Shown piece after piece: positions 38,242 to 51,046 of a stretch of 64,000 nucleotides of DNA. A program made the position numbers and the translations under genes. The notes below the pieces were generated by a model. It saw nothing but the letters and a program-made list of their open reading frames with translations. It ran no database searches and was not told where the DNA came from. Numbering within the stretch: position 1 is the first letter of the stretch; every line of letters starts with the position of its first letter. Source of the DNA: Amoebidium appalachense (taxonomy: Eukaryota; Protista; Ichthyosporea); assembly GCA_963693365.1 (NCBI GenBank), contig CAVNZM010000011.1, forward strand, positions 1,844,989 to 1,908,988, read 5' to 3'.

Positions 38242-38544
38242 ATGCCGGAGGCAAGACTTCCCCTCACTCCCGTCGTGGCTCCCCGAGGTGACCGAGACAA
38301 AGAGAAGCAGAAATGCAAGTCAGTGAGGAATTTTATTATTGATTTTAGCCCTAATAAATAATATCAGTATCTGATCAGAAAACCCCCAAAACCCCCGGAT
38401 AAACCCCCTAAACCCCAGAACACTGTGTGTGTGTGCACACGTGTGTGTGTGTGTATGTGTGTGTGTTTGTGTGTGTATGATAGGCTATTGAAGGAACAGC
38501 ACTTCCAGCACACAATGGCCGAAAGAACCCCTTCATCTATCCAA
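38242..38544 (-). repeat. Ngaro repeat B2 (303 bp; copy B1 at 39021-39323)
   Basis: atgccggaggcaagac...catctatccaa duplicated. Confidence 0.93.
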
Positions 38545-38559
38545 GGGTGGGAGGGAGGG

Positions 38560-39021
38560 AAGAGAAAGCAAGAGCAAACCGTAAGGCACCAACTAATCAG
38601 ACTGAGGTCTCAGCTTCTGCCCCTTTACACAAGGTGCCACCAAACCAAGAAAACACCCAAACAGCCTAATTATTACCTTATCACGTTGCTCCCTCCCCTT
38701 TTTTCTTTTCACCTACACACTAGCTCTAAAAACAAGAACTGAACGAACGACGCCCACAGCCAGCTCTACAAAGCTGGTGCGCGGCTCACTCACATTTTTA
38801 GAACAGTGGAAAAGCCACCAATCATATCACCTATCTACTGATAACTACGGATCACTTCATAACTATACCTGATCTATATCCAATCACTAAAGATACATAC
38901 GACTGAGCTTAACATTCTACCCGTTAGGGCCAATCAGCTTGCACCGCTATGTAGCCGTTACCGCCGACTGACCGAACACGTGTCATCTCTCACCGCTGCC
39001 TCCTCCCGCTCGAGAACAACA
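38560..39021 (-). repeat. Ngaro repeat A2 (462 bp; copy A1 at 43474-43935)
   Basis: aagagaaagcaagagc...ctcgagaacaaca duplicated. Confidence 0.93.
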
Positions 39022-39404
39022 TGCCGGAGGCAAGACTTCCCCTCACTCCCGTCGTGGCTCCCCGAGGTGACCGAGACAAAGAGAAGCAGAAATGCAAGTC
39101 AGTGAGGAATTTTATTATTGATTTTAGCCCTAATAAATAATATCAGTATCTGATCAGAAAACCCCCAAAACCCCCGGATAAACCCCCTAAACCCCAGAAC
39201 ACTGTGTGTGTGTGCACACGTGTGTGTGTGTGTATGTGTGTGTGTTTGTGTGTGTATGATAGGCTATTGAAGGAACAGCACTTCCAGCACACAATGGCCG
39301 AAAGAACCCCTTCATCTATCCAAACCTACCCTACTTGTTTTTATTTTGTGATTGTGTCTTTTAAATAATGTGTGTTGGGTGTGTGTAGTAGAAGCCTGTA
39401 GCTG

Positions 39405-42400
39405 CTAATCGTGCGTAATCATGTGTGGCCTACGGGCCAAGGATTTTGCCTGGGCTGACAGATGAGCGGGCATTGAAATTGCCAGGAGCATGGCCTTGTT
39501 CGTGTCAATGTAGTGGTTGAAAGGCGTCGTGAAATTACGCCACCGACCATTGATACGAATTTGCTCATAGTCCTCCCCTCTGAGTGCTGCTGTGGAGGCT
39601 GCCCCGTGCCGTGTGCTGTACAATGAGAAGTCGCTATCCAGGCCCACAGCCGTCAGACTCTGTTGCATACGAGTTGCTACCAGCGATGGTGTGTACCCAG
39701 GATGAAACAGAGGGTCGGATGGGCGGGAGCCATGGGGAAATGCACCCACTGCCATGAGCTTCTGCAGCAAATGCAAGCACACTGGATCACGGATCACCAC
39801 CATCTGATGATTGCCCGTTTTGGACCGTGGAAGAAGCAACACTGCACTGCCCGCTGGAGCATTGATTTCAATCAACCGTGGATCATTCGGAGGAATGAAG
39901 TCTGCCACCGTGCGCCGCGAGAGCTCCCCCGGCCGGGTGTAGGTTGCGAATGACATACACAGATAGAGTGCTACGTGCGGCATCTTGTATTCCCACAGAG
40001 CCGACACTGCCAAAATCATGTAGTCGTAGGGGAGTGGTCTGTGGTGATTGGTTGGGTTAGCATGGTCCCACCCCCTTAGGACCCTGGCCGACAGGACCAA
40101 GGAGTCCTTGCACTGGGGATAGAAATGGTGGATGGCTGACAGCACCGTCTTGCAGTGGGCGAGCCCGCTGCGGGTCTCTCCCAACTCTTCGTACATGTCA
40201 GCTGCATAGCTCGCAAGCATGTTATCCACCTGCTCTACCGACTGGAAGGTGCTCACCCCATCTTCCACACACCACGCTACGAATTTGTTCAAGGCGTTGT
40301 CGTATTTCGCCACTGTGGGAGCCGTGACATTGAGATTGAGCATATGCGTGATTTTTGCAGAGGGGACGGCGTCACGTGACGGCATGTCTGCTGGATTGTG
40401 GGCAGAAGGGACCCACACCCACGCCGGTCGAAGTGCGGCTGCACACACAAGTGCTGCCACCCGCCGGCACAGATGGTTTAGCCGTCGTGAACTCGATCTA
40501 CCCTTGGCCACCGCAAACAATAAAGATGTGTTGTCGATGAGATGAGCTACTCTGGTGCTGTGATTTTGTGGTGCTCGCGTGAAACGTCGTAGTGATAATA
40601 GCAGCGCGTGCCCCTCGAGGATGGTGATGTGATCTTCGTGCCGCCACGGAGTAGATATCGGATGGTGCCACTGCAGACCGTCAACTACTTTCAGAAAAGA
40701 GTCGTCGGTCGTGGGGTGGTTCGTGCTGTCGTTACATTCATCGGCTGAAAGGGCGTTAATCACGAGCTCACCGGTGTCGTCCACAGGCCCCAAGAAGGAA
40801 TAACCGGGTCTGGACACCGACTGTGCTAATGCCGTCAACGATTGCTCAGCCGTAACGGACGCAATAGAAACACCTGCTCCCTTGGTGGACGCATCTGATG
40901 CCAACAGAAGAGAGGCGGGAGCAGCCGTCAAATCACACACAATGAGAGGTGCCAAATCCACCAACAGGGCCAACTCCCCCTTGACTGCAGAGGGGATTGG
41001 GCATGCCGTTAGTGGACATTGGCCGGCTGACAACGCAAACTGATAACTCGCCTCTAACACAGAAAATAAAGCTCTATTCAAAAGCAACAACCACGCCCAG
41101 CCCCCAAGCAAACGAGATAACGCCCGTGGAGCCACCTCCCGCATGAACAGAACCGCCTTTGTGTCGGCTAGTAGCCGCGCCAACCGTGATGCATCCGGTC
41201 GAATAACACCGTCCCGTCCTATAGCCAACCCAAGTGCTACGGTCTCCGGGTGGTCTCGTGACGCCGTGACCGTTTTGGACGGTTTTATTTCGAATCCGTG
41301 TGTCTCTCCAGCGCGCCCGGCTGCCGTCATCTCGGAATTTACAGTAGATTCCTCCAACCCAACCCCCACCCAATCATCCACGTAGATCAAATGTGCCGTA
41401 TCCGATTGGTCGGTAATGGAATGTGCCGGTGAAGAATTCGATTGGATGCATCGTTCGATACGTAAAGGCGGGTGCGTGATGTGCTGGTGAGAACGTTGGG
41501 CGACAAACGGTGCCCATTTCACAGCCCATCGGCATAGACAACACCCGCGGATACACCAACCTATCGACACCCGGCAGTCCCACTGCTGAAGACGAAACCG
41601 GCGGAAGCCCTTGGTACCAAGACAGCCAGTCTGGCACCCGAAAACGGTGGTAGAAATTCGAAAAATCGTACTTGGCCACCACCACCGCTGCGTCCTTCGG
41701 AACAATGATACTACACAAATCTGCCGGACTGGGAAAACTCGGATTGGGCGGGTCTATCATGACTGCATTCATGGGGCGAGCATCCATGATAAGACGGTCT
41801 TCCTTCTCATCTTTCTCCACCGCAAATAAACCATTGATAATCTTTGGGGGCTCCGAAATTTCTGAAAAAGCAACCATACCACAAACATACATACGCTTAG
41901 CCAATATAGGCCACTCCGCAGGCGACGCAAATGCATGGACAGGACGCCCGGGCAAAGGGTGGGCTCCTTCAGCACCCTCAGTGGTGCTCTCAGTTGCCAA
42001 CACGCCCCCAAGCCCGCAAACTCCGTGACCGTTCGGCTGTCCGACCGCGTCACCCGTGCGATTTGACGCCACCACCAACACGTTTGGCTTCTCCATCATC
42101 TCCTTGAGGTCAGGTGGAAGGACCTCTAGGAGCGGAACTGTTGCCCCAAACCCCTCAGGAGGAAGGGCAATACGCTCAGCAACTATGGGGGTGAAAGCTT
42201 TTGAGTGATTGAAATATGGGAAAGATTCAGACACAGCCGCTAAGGGGACATTGCTGATCCTGCGGCGCATATCCGCGCAAAAAACGAAAATTCGCTGAAT
42301 GGATTGTGTCTGTGCCGGTGAGGGTGCATGAGAAAAGTGCGTGGATTTAGGAAAAGGCGTGGGAAAAAAATGTGTGCTGGTAGGAGGGGAAAATGTTGAA

Positions 42401-42936
42401 AAGTGTGTGTGATTCTGGGAAGAGGTGTCGTGCATGTTGTGCCAAACATCGTTCCTAGGAGATTCTACCGAGCCAGGTGGCCCATTATACAACGTGTTGA
42501 TTGCAGCTATGGTTCTATTAACCAACTTTAACACAGCAAATCTCTTGTTGAACCTCCCACGTCTTCTTGGAGAGGACAACCTAACACCATCAAGCAACAG
42601 CGGGACTACAAAAAGGGGAAGTGGAAGTAAATCATTAGACACATGGGGAAACAAGCCTGGCTCAGCCGCGCCCGTGACGCCCTCACCAGGGGTACTAACA
42701 TGGGGGGCTACGGGCTCACCGGTGTACCACTTCCGAGGGAAAGAACCAAACTCAGCTGGTTCCGTGGCAGCTGTGTTCGGGAACGAAGGCTGTGGACCGT
42801 GGCCTCCCCCTGCCTCAGCTGGGCAGCTGCGGGAGGCGCAGGGGGGTACGAATCTGTGGAAGCTGGGCCTAGGCATCCTTGTTGCCATCGAACGGTCCAT
42901 CCACACACACGCGCGCCACCGTGACACCCCCCGCAC
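39405..42936 (-). CDS. RT-RNase H-tyrosine recombinase polyprotein (one +1 frameshift near 41520)
   Basis: FAVEK..RLIMDARPMN, YDFSNFYHRF, MPMG|KWAPFVAQ, YVDD RT; ASDAS, HITILE, IDN, WVPSAHNPADMPSR RNase H; TRPGE, RSKT, YSTRHGAAS, GRW..HY recombinase in the same frame. Confidence 0.88.
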
Positions 42937-43473
42937 CTCCCCACAGGGGGAGGCCGTGTGTTTACACCGAGCTCGACTACCTAGTAGAGACCGTGCATTG
43001 ACTCACAATGTCGTATATAAGAGAGTTCTGCTCGGGAAGAAGAGAGGCTCACTTGCCCATGTCAAGGAAAGCAGAGCACGTATTTGTAATGCTTGGAGTT
43101 CAGAAAGTTCACTGTGACTGTATAGGCAGAGAGACAGACAAAATTTACGTAGTTTTTCACTCTACAAGACTCCTCAGCGCTAGCGAGCTAAACAACATAC
43201 TGAAGGGAAAAGACAAATGTAAAAGTCGTATTAATATCTAGAGCGAAAAAAGGAACCTTGAAAATGAGGACTCGGAGAACGAGCTGGTTAACGTTGAGTT
43301 GCCAGAATTCGTGTGACAATTGCAGAAGTCAACAGAAAAAAGGACAGCTAGCTAAGGCAACTAGTTTGTGCGCTTTTACAGTAGCACCACCAAACTTAGT
43401 TCAACCAACTAACTCTACAAATCCCTTTTACCTCTGATGCCAGACACTCACACAAACGCTAAAACGAAAACCA

Positions 43474-43935
43474 AAGAGAAAGCAAGAGCAAACCGTAAGG
43501 CACCAACTAATCAGACTGAGGTCTCAGCTTCTGCCCCTTTACACAAGGTGCCACCAAACCAAGAAAACACCCAAACAGCCTAATTATTACCTTATCACGT
43601 TGCTCCCTCCCCTTTTTTCTTTTCACCTACACACTAGCTCTAAAAACAAGAACTGAACGAACGACGCCCACAGCCAGCTCTACAAAGCTGGTGCGCGGCT
43701 CACTCACATTTTTAGAACAGTGGAAAAGCCACCAATCATATCACCTATCTACTGATAACTACGGATCACTTCATAACTATACCTGATCTATATCCAATCA
43801 CTAAAGATACATACGACTGAGCTTAACATTCTACCCGTTAGGGCCAATCAGCTTGCACCGCTATGTAGCCGTTACCGCCGACTGACCGAACACGTGTCAT
43901 CTCTCACCGCTGCCTCCTCCCGCTCGAGAACAACA
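43474..43935 (-). repeat. Ngaro repeat A1
   Basis: Direct copy of 38560-39021. Confidence 0.93.
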
Positions 43936-44317
43936 GGCCATCAAGGCCGTGCCCTACAAGATCATCATCACCTGGCCCCTTATGCCACATTCCGTACATT
44001 CCGATCTAACTTTATCGTGCGCCATGCGATCGGCTCACATTAATATAAATATCTAAGTCTCACCCCTCTCCCTTCCCCTAGTGGCACCGCAGAGTCTAAT
44101 TCTACATTTCATACTATCCCCCCCCTGAGTGACCAGTGGGGCTGTCACGGTGCTCATACTTTTACATTGGATTCAACTTGGTTTATTATAGCATAATAGA
44201 GTACATATTCGAAAAGAAAACATATTGCATGCACATGGATGGAAATGTATGACTGTGAATCTTGAACAAGCTCAGGCTGCCGGCTGGATTATAATACAGG
44301 TATAACAAAGGTAAAGT

Positions 44318-45273
44318 AAAAAATTTCTTTTGACTGAATTTATTCGCCGGAAAGATATGCAAGTATGCACGGCATACTGAGAAGACAATAAGAAAACTTC
44401 ACGAGTTATCCAGTAACAAGTGCATACTGAGATATTACCTGAACACTGTGTGGAAATCATATAAATACTCAATGAGTGACGACCAACAGAATTCAACAAA
44501 AAGTCTTAAGTGGTCACATTGCCAGCCAGTGTAGCAGACACCCGTAGGGAAAGAGGTAAAACGCGACATAAAAACTCACACCGATCAACTACATGCTTGC
44601 GATTAAAAGGTTCAGCACAAAAGTGGCACCAGCGGCGATGAAAACAAAAATTACAACGCCACTGCACAACTTCCCAGGCAATATCAACATCAGAGCACAA
44701 TACAGACTTATCTACTAGGGTGGTATCCATACGTACAGCAGGAGAAATATATCCTGCCAAATTTAAAGCTCCCAAAAAGAAATAATGATCAGTACGGTGT
44801 TGCCTAAGGAACATATAACACATGCCGACTGAGTTTTACGTTTGATTTCTCTATCAGAACGAGAAAGAAACTTATACTGCGTATGGTAATAACGCAAAAA
44901 GGCAGAAAAAACAGGAAGAGAAAAGAAAGAGGGAGTGAGATAGCGAGAGGAAGACTCGGAATCAGGTTGAAAGAGGGTAGGCTGAGGACATTCAGAAGTG
45001 GCGTTGGTGAATCGGGGGGGAAGAGGGATGGAGGGAGGGGGGGGAAAGAAAGCATAAAGAGGGTGACCATCAGGTATCCTAACTAAATGAAAACAAAAAT
45101 GAAGAGACAATTCCTCCATACGACAAACAGCAGACGACAATCCAAACATACTGATTAAGGGAGGCAAAAACCGAGTACGAAACAAAGTGTGCAGCGCAGT
45201 ACCCAGAAAATCGTCGAACTCTTTCAGCGCCACGGCCGCCTCGCGAGGTGGGGCGCAGGCCAATAGCGGAAGT
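44318..45273 (-). mobile_element. Second, uninterrupted 3' fragment of LINE family B
   Basis: Colinear with 13464-14185 plus 37762-37996. ORFs 44763-45380 and 44506-44823 give the RT thumb region and QWRCNFCFHRRWCHFCAEPFNRKHVVDRC. Confidence 0.8.
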
Positions 45274-45480
45274 TTCCCCTTCACGTCGACTGGCGCCCAT
45301 GCGGGCGGACGCCCCGACCAACTTGTACTTATATACACACGCGCGCGCGCGCGCGATAGGGAACACACGCTACGTTTCACGGCGCGGCACGGTCACGTTT
45401 TGGCATACGTTGGGTGGGTGCATGAGGTGGTTCTTTGGATCTGTATGACAGTGTGTGCCCCATCGATGATCACCCGCGGG

Positions 45481-45615
45481 CTCCCGCGGACGGGATCCTG
45501 GGAAGGGGGGGGGGGGGGGAGGGGGGGGGGGGGGGGGGGGGGGAAGGATCCGGGTCCTCCCGCGGACGGGATCCCGGAAGGGGGGGGGGGGGGGGGGGGG
45601 GGGGGGGATCCGGGT
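45481..45615. repeat. Two-copy GC-rich tandem repeat
   Basis: ctcccgcggacgggatcc(t/c)ggaa(G)n-gatccgggt occurs twice. Confidence 0.7.
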
Positions 45616-46225
45616 AAAGTTTCGAGTGCATAGTTTCTGGGGTGCTCTGTATATTGTAGCTATTATTTGTGCCTGTTCATACCGTGGAGTGCTGCCAGAC
45701 CAACACTCGCGTATTCGGTGGCCCTGATGGAACCTTTATATTTCGAGTCCGGCGGAGTGCTCAAAGTTTACATACCTTACACTCAATGCTTGAGTGGTCG
45801 ACTCGAAAAATGGGAGCAGCTTGAATATAGCTAGCTGTTAAGTAGTGATCATTTTTTTAAGTTTGCCCCGTTATCGGATATTACGAGTGGCTATAGTATT
45901 AATAGGGAGAAACAACGGGGCTTGAAAATATTCACATAGCTTGTTCGACCTTCTCTGTCTGCTGGCCTGAGTGTTCCCGCAGGCACTGCCAGATGCCTTG
46001 CATGACATATCTAGTGATGCCGTTGCTCCATGTGGGTGACTATAATATCTGTCATTCAACCAGAAAAAACAATGTGGCTACGCAAATGCAAATGAACTGA
46101 ACGGGTCTTCCACAAGCGCAACCTACATTATCAGGGTCTTTACAACTTGAAAGTCACGGCTATACCCCACAAGACTTCAAGTCAGTATCGAGTTAGTCAC
46201 TGACTTGTTCGATGCCAGTCAATAA

Positions 46226-46699
46226 AGGATTTTTGAATTTGAAATGGGGCGGGGGGAGAGTAGTAAATATCGACGTCCCCTCTGGTGGTACCCCCCTCCC
46301 CCCCCTCCCCAAGGTAGCCGCAGGGGTGGGTGGGTCCCCCCCCCCCCTCCGGGGCGGGAGGGACCCATGTGGTGGAGTGGGGTGGTGGTCCCCCCCCCCC
46401 CCCCCCCCCCCCTCCCCTCCCCCCCCCTGCATGCGCATGATCATGGCATTAAAGAGTCTCCGAAGTTTCCACCGGTACCCACCAAAGACTGTATTCCCAA
46501 GTTGGCCCAGTTGATGCATACCCCGCTCCTCTTCCTCCTCCCCCCTCCCCCCCCCCCCCCATACACACACACACTCACGTGCACACACACACACGTACCA
46601 CACACGCACGCGCGCGCACCCATACATGCACACACGCGCGCGCGCGCGTGGCCGTACACGTACACGCACACACCCACACATGTATGTACACACACATTG

Positions 46700-46765
<66 letters not shown>

Positions 46766-46824
46766 GCGCGCGCGCGCGCCCGTACACGCACACGCACACG
46801 CATACGCACACAGTGTCACACACA

Positions 46825-46861
<37 letters not shown>

Positions 46862-47315
46862 CACCCGTTCGTGCCCCCCGGGGGGGGGGGGGGGGGGGAT
46901 GGGGGGGGGGAGGAAAGGGGGGGGGGAGATGACCGTATGGCATATAGCCTGAGTTGCAAGTGATCAAGGAATCCTATTAGTTAGCCTCAATGTTTACGTT
47001 TTGGCATTGTATGTAAACTGCTGCCGCATTATAGTATTTTATGTGCTCGGGTTATCTGGTATATTATTAAACTTTCAAATGATGTCAGCCTATGGGGTGG
47101 GTGGGTCCCTCCCCCCACCCCCTGCTCAGGTGGGTGGTGGGTCCCCCCCCCCCCCCCCCTCCCCGTGCTTGCCGGAGGGGTGGCCATGGGTGGGGGGACC
47201 CACCTGTCCAAAGGGGGGAGGGGGGGGGGGTGGATCCCCCCCCCCTCCCCCGGTCCCCCCCCCCCCCCCCCCAATTTACTACTACCCCCCTCCCCGTTTC
47301 AAATTCAAGAATCCC
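46226..47315. mobile_element. Non-autonomous PIF/Harbinger-like MITE
   Basis: ~43-bp imperfect TIRs (A/G)GGATT(T/C)TTGAATTTGAAA(T/C)GGGG...AGTAGTAAAT; TAA on both sides (46223-46225, 47316-47318); no ORF. Confidence 0.75.
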
Positions 47316-47712
47316 TAACGGTTCCCCAATGTTGGCGCAATTGTGAACAGGAGTGACAGGTCATGTAAGGTTTTATTTTCTTCCGGGCAACACGAAGCGA
47401 AGCACTGCTCAGTGTCGGCCACGGCCAGTCTCATAGTGGGCTCACCAGCGTCACAGACGCATAGTTCGCCTTATATTCATTTAAAACATCAACACTTTTA
47501 ATACCAAAGAACTAAAAGACATACAAGCGTCCAGGGTCAAGATCTCTGAAATACAAGATGAGGGTCGACGTCAACAGGCATTTACACTTGACAAGCCCCG
47601 CCTGTCAGTTTGAGTGCCGGATCTTCAACAGAACTTCAAATTCTGTCGTCATTCGCGCGGTTTGTTTATATTTTTGCAGTGCAGTGGAGACCTCAGTGCC
47701 ATTTTAAGGCAT

Positions 47713-47934
47713 TTACTTGCACATGGTGAAGTGCATCTCGAGGTATGCGCTGTAGGTGGCCGGGCCACTCTTTGCCGGCCTCACAGACGACACAGACCGG
47801 TTGCCCGCATTGGCACCGATGGCCCGAGCAACGGCAGCAGCGTCGATCCCAGCAGCGGGTGAGAGGGAAGGCCGCGTGGCTACGTTGGCGGCGGCGCGCG
47901 TGAAGGTGCGGACGACGGTTGCGGAAGCAGACAT
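47713..47934 (-). CDS. Small ORF or first exon with mitochondrial-presequence-like composition
   Basis: AAAATGTC start context, GC-rich codons, MSASATVVRTFTRAAANVATRPSLS (R/S/T/A-rich, few acidic residues); a possible GTAAAT donor overlaps the stop. Confidence 0.4.
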   Translation of the reverse strand: MSASATVVRTFTRAAANVATRPSLSPAAGIDAAAVARAIGANAGNRSVSSVRPAKSGPATYSAYLEMHFTMCK

Positions 47935-49459
47935 TTTGGGAAGGGTAAAGAGAGGGTTGGGAGAGAATAGTTTTGAATAGCGCACCGATCTTCAATGGCG
48001 AACTGTGTAAACGATGCGTACGTTCCCTTTTTATATCTGCCAAAGGGTTGCATTGATGGACCCTGACGCGCCGGATTTTGTTTCCGCATGATAGAGAGCC
48101 AACCAGACGTTGTATTTATGAGGTTGGCGCATTCCTAAGAGCAGAACGGATACCAGTGCTTCTAACGATGCTTTCAACCAGACTCCTGGGTCAAAAAAGC
48201 CACTAGAGAAGTGTTCCAAAGGGCCAATAAGCTAGATAAATGGAGTTCGAAAAAATCAGCCAAATGGAAATGTTATATCTGCTGTGTTTTATTAAGGAAT
48301 CAAAAGCACAATTTACGGATTCCCTTAGGGTTCAAAGGAGCTCAGTTTTGCGCAATTTTTGATTTCGAACTTGGGCACAGGCTTCAAAGAGCCAACCGTT
48401 GCGCCGCATTATTTGGCGAGAATGGCCGCGGGGGGCCCTGGCCGTGCGGCCTGGTGCAAAAGGATGGTGACCACTGACTCGGCCAGTGCCGGCCGCTGAA
48501 GCATAATGATGAGGATTATTCAGAACGGTCAAAAAGGGGAGGACCTTTCGAACTCTCGTGGAAAAATTTTTCCCCCAAACCTCTTGCTAATTACTTATCT
48601 GAATAATGGGCTAGCTATTATTGATTCGTGCATGTTTACAGATCCCAAATCTGGAAGCTCCTCCCAATCCAGGGTAGGGATTACGAACGAAAATCGTCGT
48701 AATTACGATTAACGAGAGACCCCGATACGAATAAGGTTGGGGTGCCCTCGTAACAGCTTTCGTATCAGGTGTTTAGCGTAAAATATGCTCGACTATCTAA
48801 TCTTGCCTATTTTTTCATTATTTCTGTTCAAGAACCTATCTGCAGCTCTCTTGCTGTGCAATATCGAGCCCCGACCAGTGCTCAGGGCCTGTAATCCTGC
48901 AATACTCAATTTGTAAAAATGCGCATTTTGGATTTTTTGACTGGAGGGGCGTTTTTTTGACAGGGCAAAACGCTCCACAAGAACCCCCCCATTACGATTA
49001 AGAAATAGTCCGTTACGATTGGCCCAAGGGCCATACGGTTAGGCTGGTCAACCCCAGCCCAACCCTGTCCCAATCTTCTCAGCCAACCAATCGTATGGAT
49101 TACGCATCGCCTAAGGAATGCCATGTGCGTACACACAAAACTGTTTGATTCGCTGCTGGTTACGCACATGTCATGGCGATTGATGAAAAGGCCAATCACA
49201 ATCACTTCAATAAAACGAGAGGTACACGTCACTGTCAGTGTCAGTGTGTCACTGGAATTGTTCTCGCTTATTGTTACGGTATATGGCACTAAATATTAAA
49301 TGGCAGCATAAAATGTAACATAAACTATACTTGCACAAAAAGTCAGACATCGACCTTTTATTTCTGACTATGACACTATGCCGGTCCTGTTTGGCCCGCA
49401 GAAATTTGTGTTACTCGTACTTTACCAGTGCTTGGTACTCCCTACACCTTAGGGTACAT

Positions 49460-50704
49460 TGTAGTGTCAGAGTGGTGCAAGGCAAACCTTATGATCCTTA
49501 ACATAGACAAATGTGGTGTTCTTGTACCTGATATAGCTAACAATTTACACACATTTACATTATCATCTAAACCTGTACCTATAGTTCCAGAATACAAATA
49601 TCTTGGTGTTCCGGTTGATTCTGTTGGTGTTATGTTTCCCCATATGGTCGAAAAGAGGGTAGAGTTGGCTCGTAAGCGGTTAGCTTTCTTCTCGGCTAAT
49701 ATTTTTAAAGACACACCCCTCCATCCTTCTATTAGACTTACATTTATTCGCACTTTTGTCTTCCCGGCATGTGAATATGGTTTACCCCTTCTCGCCGCTT
49801 GGATCAAGAAAGAGAGAACTAGAGCGCTTAAACCCTTGGCAAATTTCCTTGAAGCAGAAGTTGCCTCCTTTCTATCTAACAACTGTTGTAAACCTGGGCC
49901 TGTAACGCTCTCGATATATGGTCTGGTCCCAATAGCTGCTAGAGTATCCTATCTCGCGCTGAAATTCAATAAGCACATAAGCCGCTTAAAGAAGTATTTG
50001 CCCTCCCACCCTCTCTTCTCTATCCGACCTGTCCCCTCCTCACCTCTCCCTCTTTCCTCCCCTCTCTCTCCCCTTCTCCCCTGGGCACAAATACAAATAA
50101 ACCCCGCAATAGTGTGTGTGTGACTTTGGACTGCCACTTACTTATTAAACATGTACACAATCACAAGATAATCACGCAATATAACAAATGGAAAAAGATA
50201 CCAAACGACACTAGACCCGATGAAAGCATACACCTTGAAAAACTAAGCCTTATGTCTCGTTTTATATATACTGACCGCCTCAACCATATTGCCAAATATG
50301 GCACTCGCAAGTGTATAACACCTAAATACATATTACCTTCCTGTAGAACTGGTCTTTCTCTAGCTGATGGTATTATTGATCAATTACCACGCTTTTACTG
50401 TACACGTGCTATACAGTGGAGATCTAATAAGTATAAGGTGGCATCATTTGCATGCCCAAACAACACACACACACACCAGTTTAACCGGTCATGTATCGCC
50501 AAATGTAGTTTGATAGACCACATAATACCGCAACACACACACGTCACATTCACAACAGACACCCAGAAAGATAGCCTACCTGTAAATTACAACATCCTTG
50601 ATTTTATACTAAACACGCGTAACTACGACCTGTTTATTAGATGTATTGATTGGCTTGAGAAACACATCACTACAAAATTATAGCGCACGCGCACACACAC
50701 ACAC

Positions 50705-50765
<61 letters not shown>

Positions 50766-50798
50766 CCAGCTGATACCGAGTGTCCCGAGGGGGAGCCC

Positions 50799-50850
<52 letters not shown>

Positions 50851-51046
50851 GGGGAACCCCAACTAATTGATTTCTCCTTGTAGTCTTTATGGTGTCTCGT
50901 AGAGAAAGTAAACCCTGATATATAGTCACCACCCGACATCTATGTACGTGATCATGATATACCGCTGAGGGGATATTCCGAGCAAAACCCCCCCCCCCAT
51001 ACCTGAGACTGGTTCTCTTTGCCTCGAGTAAACAGCGTAAACCCCC
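49460..51046 (+). mobile_element. Second copy of LINE family A, truncated at both ends
   Basis: Near-identical to about 25196-26772 (ORFs 49428-50123 and 50114-50683); lacks the last ~110 bp and the poly(A) tail. Confidence 0.92.

Larger units (their letters stand above)
38242..43935 (-). mobile_element. Ngaro/PAT-like tyrosine-recombinase (DIRS order) retrotransposon with split direct repeats
   Basis: Element order A1(43935-43474), ORF, B1(39323-39021), A2(39021-38560), B2(38544-38242). RT, RNase H and YR motifs; no TSD. Confidence 0.93.

Noticed and set aside
42425-43117. Antisense 230-aa ORF as the missing Ngaro gag
   Set aside because: Non-ATG start, largely the reverse-strand shadow of the main ORF, and no recognisable motifs.
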